Positions 1-9,266 of a DNA stretch of 62,316 bases are shown one piece after another. The position numbers were made by a program, and so were the translations under genes. The stretch's first letter is position 1, and every line of letters begins with the position of its first letter. The notes beneath the pieces are model-generated. The model saw nothing but the letters and a program-made list of their open reading frames with translations, was not told where the DNA came from and did not search any database. The DNA is taken from assembly GCA_963627615.1 (NCBI GenBank), contig CAVGBV010000002.1, positions 1 to 62,316 of the forward strand. Direction: 5' to 3'. The stretch is from Alloprevotella sp. (GTDB lineage: Bacteria; Bacillota; Clostridia; Lachnospirales; Bianqueaceae).

Positions 1-42
1 CCGGTTTCAAGACGCGGCAATACCTTTTTTGGTATCGATAGT

Positions 43-1359
43 TTAGCCGATATGGTAGAAGTCTACATCTCCGACAGCGGTGCCTGACAAGCGGACACTC
101 CGGTCCTCTGCGTCGCAATAAGAAGTGGAGATGACATTTTCTCCGTCGTTGATAAAAATCTCCAGGCTGTATCGGTCGATGATGCAGCGAAGCTTCGCGA
201 CGGCAGTCGATACGGTGTGACGATCTACGGTGAGTGTGTGAGCCTGAGCGTCATAGATCACAGGTGTCTGGCCGACAGAAAGGGCAAAGGAGGCGTCTCC
301 CGAAAGGGCGATTGTCAGATCGGCACCGGCGGTGACAGACAGAACCGGAACATGATCGAGAGAAACGGCATGATGCTGTACAGGATCATGCCGATAGGCG
401 TCCAGCTCACGGATGGGATTTTGCAGAAGCTTGCCGTTCCGACAGGATAACTCCCGAGGCAGGGTCATCTGGCCGAACCAGGGCATGTGCCGGGGCAGGG
501 TGCGTGCGGTATCCCAGCTCTGCAGCCAGCCGATCAGAATCCGCCGGCCATCCGGCGCGAGGAGGGTCTGAGGCGCATAGAAATCCATGCCGAGGTCCAG
601 AGGCAGTACCTGATCATAGGAAAAGACATCATCTTCCCAGCGTCCGATAAAAGCCAGAACCGCGCGCTTGCTGGGCAGGTGAAAGAGCTCCTGCGGAAGA
701 TCCATAACGCTGACCAGCAGAAGATGAGAACCGTCCAGAGAAAAGAAGTCCGGGCACTCCCACATGCCTCCCCATTGGTTATGGCTAGCGGCCAGAATGG
801 AGCGGAATTCCCAATGAAACGCGTCCGAACTCTCGTAGAGACGAACTTCACCGGAACCGTCTTCGGCACGATGAACGGCTACTGTATAGTATCGACCGTT
901 TTCTTCCCAGATTTTCGGGTCGCGGAAGTCTTCACAGCCTTCAATGACAGGATTGCCGGTGTATTTTTCATAGTTGACGCCATCACCTACGGCAAGACAC
1001 TGGGATTGGATCTTCTCCTTCACGCCGGTGTACATCAGAAGATGTCGGCCATCCGGAAGAGTCAGGGCGCTTCCGGAAAAGCATCCGTTAGCGTCATAAG
1101 GCATATCCGGCGCAAGGGCAATGGGCAAACGGTCCCAATGGATCAGATCGTGACTTTTTACATGTCCCCAATGCATGGGCCCCCATTGCAGAGAGTAGGG
1201 ATGATATTGATAGAAAAGGTGATAAGCTCCGTCGTAATAGCTGAAGCCGTTGGGATCGTTGATCCAGCCAAGACCGCCGGTTACATGAAACACGGGACGG
1301 GAAGTCTCCGGAATCCGGGGCAGATTCTCCTCTTCATACATACGCGCTGTGTGCAGCAT
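43..1359 (-). CDS. Glycoside hydrolase family 32 (sucrose-6-phosphate hydrolase / beta-fructofuranosidase)
   Basis: 438-aa ORF with the GH32 signature blocks WINDPNG, FRDP and WECPD. Confidence 0.85.
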   Translation of the reverse strand: MLHTARMYEEENLPRIPETSRPVFHVTGGLGWINDPNGFSYYDGAYHLFYQYHPYSLQWGPMHWGHVKSHDLIHWDRLPIALAPDMPYDANGCFSGSALTLPDGRHLLMYTGVKEKIQSQCLAVGDGVNYEKYTGNPVIEGCEDFRDPKIWEENGRYYTVAVHRAEDGSGEVRLYESSDAFHWEFRSILAASHNQWGGMWECPDFFSLDGSHLLLVSVMDLPQELFHLPSKRAVLAFIGRWEDDVFSYDQVLPLDLGMDFYAPQTLLAPDGRRILIGWLQSWDTARTLPRHMPWFGQMTLPRELSCRNGKLLQNPIRELDAYRHDPVQHHAVSLDHVPVLSVTAGADLTIALSGDASFALSVGQTPVIYDAQAHTLTVDRHTVSTAVAKLRCIIDRYSLEIFINDGENVISTSYCDAEDRSVRLSGTAVGDVDFYHIG

Positions 1360-1450
1360 AGAGACACCTCCAAAATATAGTTTTTTTTATTGTAGTACAG
1401 AATGCAGGGAAGTACAAGAAGAAAAAGTGATAAGAAAATGAAAAAAAGTG

Positions 1451-1479
1451 TTGCATTGCGTCAAGATGTATGGTATTAT
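1451..1479 (+). promoter_or_regulatory. SigA-type promoter upstream of carA
   Basis: TTGCAT (1451-1456), 17 nt, TATTAT (1474-1479), with TG at 1471-1472. Confidence 0.45.
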
Positions 1480-1607
1480 CCTATGAAGGCAGGGTGTGAG
1501 CAGGCTGCGGTTAGAGAGAATCGATAGTAGTTGCGCTGCGCAGTCGGAGAACCCCAGGTTCGCGATTGCGTTATTGTCCTGCTGCAATTTTCACGGGAGG
1601 TACAGGA

Positions 1608-2690
1608 ATGGAGAAAGAAATGTATCTGGCGCTTGAAAACGGCGAGGTTTTTAAGGGCAAAAGCTTCGGTGCAGAGGGCGGCGCGGCTGGTGAGGTCGTT
1701 TTTACAACGGGGATGGTTGGATATCTTGAGACATTGACAGATCCCAGCTATTGCGGACAGATTTTAGTTCAGACATTTCCGATGATTGGTAATTACGGAT
1801 TGATTCCCTCCGATTTTGAGAGTCAAAAGTCTTATTTAAAAGCGTATATTGTAAGAGAATGGTGTCACGATCCTTCGAATTTCAGATGTGAGGGAACGAT
1901 TGACACCTTTTTAAAAGAGCAGGGAGTGGTAGGTCTCTGCGGAATCGACACCCGTAAGCTGACCCGGATCCTCAGGGAGAACGGTACAATGCGCGGATGT
2001 ATTGCACAGACGGAAGAAGAAGCCAAAAAGGGCCTGGAGCAAAAGGCGGAGAACAGCGGGGTACTGGAAGCCACCTGTAAGCACACAAGAATCGAAGGAT
2101 CCGAAAAGGCAGAGAAAACGGTTGTGATTCTGGATTATGGCATGACACATTGTTTCAGTGAGTATCTGCTGAAGCGTGGGATGGGGGTTGTAATCATGCC
2201 GGCGGACAGTAAGGCCGAGACGGTGTTGAGTTACCATCCGGACGGAATCCTGCTGTCCAATGGTCCCGGCAGTGCGCAGGAGTATCCGGAACTGGTAGCG
2301 GAGGTCGCGAAGCTGAGTCAGTCCGGGGTTCCGATCTTCGGAATCGATCTGGGGCATCTGATTCTGGCAGCGGCCAGAGGCGGCAAGGAGCAGAAGCTGA
2401 AGCACGGCCACCGCGGCGCGAACCAGCCGGTACGCCGTCTGGCAACGGACAGAGTATATATCTCAAGCCAGAACCACGGATATACTGTGGATATGGAGCA
2501 GCTGCCGGAAAATGCAAAAGTAACCTTTGTTAATCTGAACGACGGGACCTGCGAGGGACTGGAGTATACCGATATCCCCGCGATTTCCGTACAGTTCCGT
2601 CCCGGAGACGGCGAGGATAAGCTCGATACAGGATTCTTGTTTGATCAGTTCACTAACATGATGGAGGGAAAAGTACATGCCGCTGAATAA
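1608..2690 (+). CDS. carA: Carbamoyl-phosphate synthase small subunit homologue (glutaminase triad positions substituted)
   Basis: Start set at ATG 1608 (MEKEMYLALENGEVF), preceded by GGGAGG. Collinear with CarA over its full length (EVVFTTGMVGYLETLTDPSY, GIDTRKLTR, LSNGPG). The 3' end overlaps carB. GICLGHQ reads GIDLGHL and FQGHPEA reads VQFRPGD. Confidence 0.85.
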   Translation: MEKEMYLALENGEVFKGKSFGAEGGAAGEVVFTTGMVGYLETLTDPSYCGQILVQTFPMIGNYGLIPSDFESQKSYLKAYIVREWCHDPSNFRCEGTIDTFLKEQGVVGLCGIDTRKLTRILRENGTMRGCIAQTEEEAKKGLEQKAENSGVLEATCKHTRIEGSEKAEKTVVILDYGMTHCFSEYLLKRGMGVVIMPADSKAETVLSYHPDGILLSNGPGSAQEYPELVAEVAKLSQSGVPIFGIDLGHLILAAARGGKEQKLKHGHRGANQPVRRLATDRVYISSQNHGYTVDMEQLPENAKVTFVNLNDGTCEGLEYTDIPAISVQFRPGDGEDKLDTGFLFDQFTNMMEGKVHAAE

Positions 2691-5600
2691 AGAATTAAAG
2701 AAAGTAATGGTGATTGGTTCCGGCCCGATCGTAATCGGTCAGGCGGCCGAATTTGACTACGCTGGCACACAGGCCTGCCGGGCACTGCAGGAAGAGGGCC
2801 TGGAGGTCGTTCTGATCAACTCCAATCCCGCGACGATCATGACGGATGAAGCGATGGCGGATCATATTTACATCGAGCCGCTGACGCTGGAGACAGTCAA
2901 GAGGATCATTGAGAAGGAGAAGCCGGACAGCATCCTGTCCACGCTTGGAGGACAGACGGGATTGACACTGTCCATGCAGCTGGCTAAGGAAGGATTCCTG
3001 AAGAGCCATGGCGTACGGCTTCTGGGCGCGCGTCCGGAGACCATCGACAAGGCAGAAGACCGTCAGATGTTTAAGGATACGATGATTTCCATTGGAGAAC
3101 CCTGTATTCCTTCTGAGGTCGTAACGGATCTGGAATCCGGCCTGGCTTTTGCAGAGAAGATCGGCTATCCGGTAATCATTCGTCCGGCCTTTACACTGGG
3201 CGGAACCGGCGGCGGTATTGCCAATAATGTAGAAGAGATGAAAGAGATTGCCTCCAACGGTCTGAATCTGTCCCCGATTACGCAGATTCTGGTAGAAAAA
3301 TGCATCTCTGGCTGGAAGGAGATCGAGTTTGAGGTAATCCGCGACGCCAAGGGCAACAGCATCACCGTCTGCAGCATGGAAAATGTGGATCCGGTCGGCG
3401 TTCATACCGGTGATTCCGTCGTTCTGGCACCGGCAGTTACGCTGTCCAATAAAGAGTATCAGATGCTCCGTACGGCTGCGATCAATATCGTAGAGGCGCT
3501 GGGCGTAGAGGGCGGCTGCAATGTACAGTTCGCTCTGCATCCGGAGAGCATGGAGTATGCCGTCATCGAGGTTAACCCCCGTGTATCCCGCTCTTCCGCA
3601 CTGGCATCCAAGGCGACCGGTTATCCCATCGCTAAGGTTGCGACCAAGATTGCGATCGGCTATACGCTGGACGAGATCAAAAACGCGGTTACGGGCACGA
3701 CTTACGCATGCTTTGAGCCGTCGATCGATTATGCGGTAGTTAAGCTTCCCAAGTGGCCTTTTGATAAGTTTGTCTACGCGAAGAGAACCCTGGGTACACA
3801 GATGAAGGCGACCGGTGAAGTCATGGCCATCGGCACCAGTTTTGAGCAGGCCCTGATGAAGGCAGTCCGCGGTGCGGAGATCTCTCTGGATACGCTGAAT
3901 ATGCCCAGACTCAAGAAGCTGTCCGATGAAGAGGTGTTCGCAAAGGTCGCGGATTGTAACGATGAGCGTCTGTTCGTGATCTTTGAAGCGATGAAGCGTG
4001 GAATGAGCGTGGATAAGATCCACGAGATCACGATGATCGACGAATGGTTTTTGAATAAGCTGCTGCATCTGGTTAAGTTTGAGGAGCGCCTGGCGGCGGA
4101 GCCTCTGACACAGGAGCTGTATCATGAAGCCAAGGTTCTGGGATATCCGGACAAGGCCATCGAGCGCATCAGTGGAAAGAAGATTCCGCAGCACGAAAAC
4201 GCGGTATTCAAAATGGTAGATACCTGCGCGGCCGAGTTCGCGGCACAGACACCGTACTTCTACTCTACTTATGATGAAGAGAATGAAGCGGCAGAGTTTA
4301 TTGCCGATAAAAATGATAAGAAGCCGACCATCATCGTATTTGGTTCCGGCCCGATCCGTATCGGACAGGGAATCGAGTTTGACTATGCGTCTGTTCACTG
4401 TGTATGGTCTCTGAAAAAGGCAGGATTCCAGGTGGTCATTGTCAACAACAACCCGGAGACTGTTTCTACGGACTTCGATACGGCAGATCGCCTGTATTTT
4501 GAGCCGCTGACACCGGAAGACGTGATGAACATCATTCAGGTAGAAAAGCCCTATGGCGTAGTAGTAGCCTTTGGCGGACAGACAGCCATCAAGCTGACCA
4601 AGTTCCTGGATGAGTCCGGAGTTCGGATCCTGGGAACACAGGCAGACAGCATTGACGCGGCAGAGGACAGAGAGCGTTTTGATGAGCTGCTGGAGGAGCT
4701 GAAGATCAAGCGTCCGCAGGGACATACGGTATTCACGCTGGAAGAAGCGCTGAACGCAGCGCATGATCTGGAGTATCCGGTGCTGATGCGTCCTTCTTAT
4801 GTACTGGGCGGTCAGAACATGATCATCGCCTTTACGGATGACGACATCAAGGAATACATGGGGATCATCTTGTCGCACAACATTGAGAATCCGGTTCTGA
4901 TCGACAAGTATTATATGGGAACCGAAATCGAAGTCGACGCGATCTGCGACGGCGAGGAGATCCTGATTCCGGGAATCATGGAGCACATCGAGCGTGCCGG
5001 TGTTCACTCCGGCGACTCGATCGCGGTGTATCCGGCATGGAACATCAGCGACAGTCTGCGTCAGAAGATCGTCAACTATTCCAAGAAGCTGGCTATCGCG
5101 TTAAAGACCAAGGGCCTGGTTAATATCCAGTATGTTATCTATAATAATGAGGTCTATGTAATTGAGGTAAATCCGCGTTCGTCCAGAACGATTCCGTACA
5201 TCAGTAAGGTTTCGGGTGTTCCGATGGTAGATCTGGCAACACGCTGCATGCTGGGCGAGAAGCTCAAAGATATGGGATATGGTACCGGTTTGTACCGCCG
5301 TCCGGCATACATGTGCGTCAAGGTGCCGGTATTCTCCTTTGCGAAGCTGATTGATGTAGACGTACAGCTCGGCCCTGAAATGAAGTCCACCGGAGAGGTG
5401 CTGGGAATTGGCCGTACATTGGATGAGGCACTGTATAAGGGACTTGTAGCGGCAGGCTATAAGATGAAGAAGAACGGCGGTATCTTTATCACGGTTCGGG
5501 ATCGAGACAAGAACGAGATCGCGGAGATTGCGGAAAAGTACGCGAAGCTGGGCTTCCGGCTGTATGCGACCAAGGGAACGGCGGCCGTACTGAAGGCGGC

Positions 5601-5877
5601 TGGCCTGGATGTGATCGAGGTGCCGAAGATTCATGAGTGTGCTGAGCACAATACCATGAAGCTGGTAGAGAGCGGAGAGGTCAACTACATTATCTCGTCC
5701 TCCGCCAAGGGACGTCTGCCGCAGCGAGACAGTGTAAAGATCCGCAGAAAAGCGGTAGAACACTCCATCCCCTGCCTGACTTCTCTGGACACGGCGAACG
5801 CGTTGGCAGAGAGCCTGATGAGCGAATATTCCGAAGAGAATACGGAACTTGTCGAATTGAAGGATATGAAGCGGTAA
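2677..5877 (+). CDS. carB: Carbamoyl-phosphate synthase large subunit
   Basis: 1066 aa with duplicated ATP-grasp halves (VIGSGPIVIGQAAEFDYAG and VFGSGPIRIGQGIEFDYA; EVNPRVSRSSALASKATG and EVNPRSSRTIPYISK) and a C-terminal MGS-like domain. Confidence 0.96.
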   Translation: MPLNKELKKVMVIGSGPIVIGQAAEFDYAGTQACRALQEEGLEVVLINSNPATIMTDEAMADHIYIEPLTLETVKRIIEKEKPDSILSTLGGQTGLTLSMQLAKEGFLKSHGVRLLGARPETIDKAEDRQMFKDTMISIGEPCIPSEVVTDLESGLAFAEKIGYPVIIRPAFTLGGTGGGIANNVEEMKEIASNGLNLSPITQILVEKCISGWKEIEFEVIRDAKGNSITVCSMENVDPVGVHTGDSVVLAPAVTLSNKEYQMLRTAAINIVEALGVEGGCNVQFALHPESMEYAVIEVNPRVSRSSALASKATGYPIAKVATKIAIGYTLDEIKNAVTGTTYACFEPSIDYAVVKLPKWPFDKFVYAKRTLGTQMKATGEVMAIGTSFEQALMKAVRGAEISLDTLNMPRLKKLSDEEVFAKVADCNDERLFVIFEAMKRGMSVDKIHEITMIDEWFLNKLLHLVKFEERLAAEPLTQELYHEAKVLGYPDKAIERISGKKIPQHENAVFKMVDTCAAEFAAQTPYFYSTYDEENEAAEFIADKNDKKPTIIVFGSGPIRIGQGIEFDYASVHCVWSLKKAGFQVVIVNNNPETVSTDFDTADRLYFEPLTPEDVMNIIQVEKPYGVVVAFGGQTAIKLTKFLDESGVRILGTQADSIDAAEDRERFDELLEELKIKRPQGHTVFTLEEALNAAHDLEYPVLMRPSYVLGGQNMIIAFTDDDIKEYMGIILSHNIENPVLIDKYYMGTEIEVDAICDGEEILIPGIMEHIERAGVHSGDSIAVYPAWNISDSLRQKIVNYSKKLAIALKTKGLVNIQYVIYNNEVYVIEVNPRSSRTIPYISKVSGVPMVDLATRCMLGEKLKDMGYGTGLYRRPAYMCVKVPVFSFAKLIDVDVQLGPEMKSTGEVLGIGRTLDEALYKGLVAAGYKMKKNGGIFITVRDRDKNEIAEIAEKYAKLGFRLYATKGTAAVLKAAGLDVIEVPKIHECAEHNTMKLVESGEVNYIISSSAKGRLPQRDSVKIRRKAVEHSIPCLTSLDTANALAESLMSEYSEENTELVELKDMKR

Positions 5878-5898
5878 AAGCTTAGAAATTGTTTAAGA

Positions 5899-5941
5899 AG
5901 CCCTGGGTATTGCGAAAAAACATTGCATGCCCGGGGCTTTT
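5899..5941 (+). terminator. Hairpin terminator after carB
   Basis: Imperfect ~14-bp stem (AGCCCTGGGTATTGC / GCATGCCCGGGGCT, with G-U pairs) followed by TTTT. Confidence 0.5.
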
Positions 5942-5951
5942 ATGCTATACT
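5923..5951 (+). promoter_or_regulatory. Promoter for the 5994 membrane-protein gene, embedded in the carB terminator
   Basis: TTGCAT (5923-5928), 17 nt, TATACT (5946-5951), with TG at 5943-5944. Confidence 0.4.
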
Positions 5952-5993
5952 TTACAGAGTATCGGCTATCAATTGTGCGGGAGGATCAGGACG

Positions 5994-6695
5994 ATGAGTA
6001 AAACAGAAGAGAAAGAACAGCTGATTCTCTCGGATGAGAAAGTTTTTGCAGAGGGACTGTGTTTTACTAAACTATTTTGGGTGTTTTTTGTGGGATGCAT
6101 CATTGGTTTCATTGCGGAGACTCTGTATTGCATCTTTATCGAGCACAAATTTGAGCTGCGCGGGGGGCTTCTGTATGGGCCGTTCAACCCAGTCTACGGT
6201 TCCGGAGCGGTGCTGATTACACTGGTTTTATCTGCGATTCCGAAAAAGGCGCGGACGCCGGTGGGATATTTTCTGATTACAATGGTGCTGGGCGCCGCGT
6301 TTGAATATACACTGAGCGTGCTGCAGGAGAAGTTTTTCGGGACGGTTTCGTGGCAGTACGACGATACCTTCTGGAATATCGGAGGCCGGACCAATCTGGC
6401 TTTTGCTGCCTGCTGGGGCTTTTTGGGCGTCATGTGGATGTCGGTGATATACCCGGCTTTTACCAAGCAGATTGAGAGGATACCGATCCGGCTGGGCAGA
6501 ATTCTTACGGTGATTGCCTGTACATTTATGGCGTTCAATATAACCATGTCCACATTGGCGGCCAGCCGGCATACGTCCAGGCGGGCGGGCCAGCCGCCGT
6601 CCAACGCGGTAGAGGAGTGGCTGGATCAGCATTATCCGGATGAAGTGATGGATCGGATCTATCCGAACGCAGTGCCGGTAGACGGACAGAAATAG
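5994..6695 (+). CDS. Polytopic membrane protein (putative ABC-transporter type IV / DUF1113-like family)
   Basis: Start set at ATG 5994 after GGGAGG. Several hydrophobic helices. Family assignment is by recollection only. Confidence 0.45.
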   Translation: MSKTEEKEQLILSDEKVFAEGLCFTKLFWVFFVGCIIGFIAETLYCIFIEHKFELRGGLLYGPFNPVYGSGAVLITLVLSAIPKKARTPVGYFLITMVLGAAFEYTLSVLQEKFFGTVSWQYDDTFWNIGGRTNLAFAACWGFLGVMWMSVIYPAFTKQIERIPIRLGRILTVIACTFMAFNITMSTLAASRHTSRRAGQPPSNAVEEWLDQHYPDEVMDRIYPNAVPVDGQK

Positions 6696-6722
6696 GACGA
6701 TATGCGACAGGAGGAAGGGCCA

Positions 6723-9266
6723 ATGGAAGAGGAAAAGAAGGTAGAGCTTACCGCGGGAGCCGCGCCGGCGCCGGAGGTTCGGCTGTCGGAGTATAAGGTG
6801 GATAAGGATAAAGGATTGACGGCGGAAGAGGTTGCCAGGCGCCACGAAGAGGGACGGGACAATGTGGACGATATGGGACAGACCAAGACGGTCAAGGAGA
6901 TCATCCGAGGCCATGTGTGTACCCTGTTCAACCTGGTCAATATCGTTCTGGCGATTGCGGTCATCGCCGTGGGATCCTTCAAGAATGTCACGTTTATGGC
7001 GATTATTATAGCCAATACGGCGATAGGGATCTTTCAGGAGATTCGTTCGAAGCGGACGATGGACCGGCTGACCTTTCTCTCGGCCAGTAAGGTCAAGGTG
7101 GTGCGTGACGGCCGGGAAGAGGAAGTTGTAAGCTCTGAGGTGGTTCAGGATGATGTGATGATCCTGGAGCCGGGCAATCAGGTGCAGGCGGACGCTCTGG
7201 TGCTGGAAGGCCAGTGCCAGGTGGATGAGTCCTTTATTACAGGGGAAGCCGACGCGATTGTCAAGGAGCCGGGAGATACGATGATGGCGGGCTCATACCT
7301 GATCAACGGTAAATGCCGCGCGCAGGCGGTACAGGTCGGTAAGGAGAAGTACGTATCGTCCATCTCCAGCGGCGCTAAATTTGTAAAGAAAATCAATTCT
7401 GAGATTATGACATCTTTGCAGTGGATTGTACGCGTGATCTCGGTGCTGATCGTTCCGTTGGGCGTGGTTATTTTTATCAAGCAGTACGGACTGGAAGGAG
7501 CGACGATTCAGAGTGCGGTCGTCTCTACGACGGCGTCCCTGATCGGTATGATTCCGGAGGGATTGATGCTCTTGACCAGTACGGCGCTGGCGGTCAGCGT
7601 TATACGGCTGTCACGCTATAAGGTGCTGGTACAGCAGCTGTATTGTATTGAGACATTGGCGAGGGTGGATACCCTGTGTCTGGATAAGACGGGGACCCTG
7701 ACGGAAGGCTATATGGAGGTAGTGGACACGATGATGCTTGGCGAGCAGTATGCCAAGTGGATTCCCAAGGCACTGGTATCTCTGACGCAGGCGATTCCGG
7801 ACAAGAACGCGACGTTCAAGGCTATCGCGGAAAAATACAAGGATGACGGCAGCGCACCGTGGAAGTGCGTACAGGCGGTGTCTTTCTCCAGTAAAACCAA
7901 ATGGTCCGGCGCCACGTTTGAGGAGCAGGGGACATTCTGTATCGGCGCCGCGGAGTTCCTGTACCCCTCCATGAGCGAAGAGCTGCATAAGAAGATCAAT
8001 GAATACGCGATGGAATACCGTGTGCTGCTGGTTGTGCATTCCAAGGATGGTTTTCAGGGCGAGGCGCTGCCGGACGCGGCGTCGATCGAGCCGATCGGAC
8101 TGATTCTCCTGAGGGATAAGGTCCGTGAGGCGGCCAAGCCGACACTGGAGTATTTTGCGCAGCAGGGCGTGGATATCAAGGTGATCTCCGGAGACAGCCC
8201 GCATACGGTAGCGGGGATCGCCAAGTATACAGGAGTTAAGAACTGGGATAAGATGGTGGACGCCAGCACGCTTACGACCGAGGAAGAGCTGGCGCAGGCG
8301 GCCAATGAGTATACCGTTTTCGGACGGGTGACACCGCAGCAGAAAAAGCAGCTGGTTACGGCCATGAAAAGGGCGGGCCATACGGTTGCCATGACAGGAG
8401 ACGGCGTTAACGATGTATTGGCGCTGAAGGAAGCTGATTGCAGTATCGCGATGGCATCCGGTACGGACGCGGCGAGAAACGCGGCGGAGCTGGTACTGTT
8501 GGAGTCCAATTTTGACGCGATGCCGCAGGTCGTAGCGGAAGGACGCAGGTGTATCAACAATGTCGAGCGGTCCTCTTCTCTGTTTTTGACCAAAACCGTG
8601 TATTCGGGATTATTGGCGCTGCTCTTCGCGTTTATCACGCTGCAGTATCCATTTATTCCGATTCAGATGAGCCTGATCAGTACAAGCTGTATCGGCGTCC
8701 CGGCCTTTTTCCTGGCGCTGCAGCCAAACCGGGAGCGTGTGCAGGGACGATTCCTGAAAAACGTCCTACTAAAAGCAATCCCAGGCGGTCTGTCCGTTGT
8801 CGTCAATATCTGTTTTATTCTGTTTTGCGCCGGGCGTTTCAGCCTGGAATCCAGTATGGTATCCACTCTTTGCGTGGTGGTCGCAGGTTTTACCGGCCTG
8901 CTGATTCTGTTCCGAATCAGTAAACCCTTTAACTGGCTGCGAACTCTTGTATTTATTGCGATGAATCTTATTTTCTGGGGCGGAATCGCGTTCTTCCCGG
9001 AGTTCTTCTCTTTGCAGAGAGCCAATCCGGATCTGCTGGTGTTCATGCTGCTCTTTATGTCCGCAGGTTATGGTCTGCTGAACTTCATGTTCCGTCTGTT
9101 TGAGGATCGGTCCCAGCAGATTCGTCAGTTTAAGGAAAACCGCAGAATTCACAAGGAGGAGCGGATCCAGAGGCGGATCGATAAAAAGGCCGCGAAAGCG
9201 GCGGAGAGAGAAGCCAGAAGAGAGGCAAGGAAGAATAAGCATGGAGGAAAGAACCGGGAAAAATAA
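6723..9266 (+). CDS. Cation-transporting P-type ATPase (type II-like, Ca2+/Mg2+ class)
   Basis: TGE actuator motif, DKTGTLT phosphorylation site, PEGL, TGDGVNDVLALKEAD. ATG 6723 is preferred over 6702 because GGAGGA lies 7 nt upstream. Lys/Arg/Glu-rich C-terminal tail. Confidence 0.85.
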   Translation: MEEEKKVELTAGAAPAPEVRLSEYKVDKDKGLTAEEVARRHEEGRDNVDDMGQTKTVKEIIRGHVCTLFNLVNIVLAIAVIAVGSFKNVTFMAIIIANTAIGIFQEIRSKRTMDRLTFLSASKVKVVRDGREEEVVSSEVVQDDVMILEPGNQVQADALVLEGQCQVDESFITGEADAIVKEPGDTMMAGSYLINGKCRAQAVQVGKEKYVSSISSGAKFVKKINSEIMTSLQWIVRVISVLIVPLGVVIFIKQYGLEGATIQSAVVSTTASLIGMIPEGLMLLTSTALAVSVIRLSRYKVLVQQLYCIETLARVDTLCLDKTGTLTEGYMEVVDTMMLGEQYAKWIPKALVSLTQAIPDKNATFKAIAEKYKDDGSAPWKCVQAVSFSSKTKWSGATFEEQGTFCIGAAEFLYPSMSEELHKKINEYAMEYRVLLVVHSKDGFQGEALPDAASIEPIGLILLRDKVREAAKPTLEYFAQQGVDIKVISGDSPHTVAGIAKYTGVKNWDKMVDASTLTTEEELAQAANEYTVFGRVTPQQKKQLVTAMKRAGHTVAMTGDGVNDVLALKEADCSIAMASGTDAARNAAELVLLESNFDAMPQVVAEGRRCINNVERSSSLFLTKTVYSGLLALLFAFITLQYPFIPIQMSLISTSCIGVPAFFLALQPNRERVQGRFLKNVLLKAIPGGLSVVVNICFILFCAGRFSLESSMVSTLCVVVAGFTGLLILFRISKPFNWLRTLVFIAMNLIFWGGIAFFPEFFSLQRANPDLLVFMLLFMSAGYGLLNFMFRLFEDRSQQIRQFKENRRIHKEERIQRRIDKKAAKAAEREARREARKNKHGGKNREK

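Noticed and set aside
2695-5007. Very long antisense ORFs opposite housekeeping genes: 770 aa opposite carB; 765 aa at 20520-22817 opposite dnaE; 584 aa at 16157-17911 and 374 aa at 15020-16144 opposite secA; 421 aa at 39815-41080 opposite the VWA gene; 297 aa at 487-1380 opposite GH32.
   Set aside because: Their translations are low-complexity and Arg/Leu/His-rich, with no recognisable motifs and no RBS. They lie exactly opposite genes with unambiguous conserved motifs. This is the usual stop-codon-poor antisense frame of GC-biased coding DNA.
9100-9240. Upstream extensions of ORFs in the track: 9100 for the methyltransferase, 48096-48215 for GH4, 5889-5993 for the membrane protein, 1566-1607 for carA, 48273-48335 for CHAP, 42879-42917 for sortase, 52266-52310 and 52985-53047 for TadB/TadC, 54573-54653 and 57071-57148 for the TadE-like genes.
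   Set aside because: Internal start codons with good RBSs coincide with the beginning of conserved sequence or signal peptides. The extensions overlap upstream genes or encode implausible sequence.
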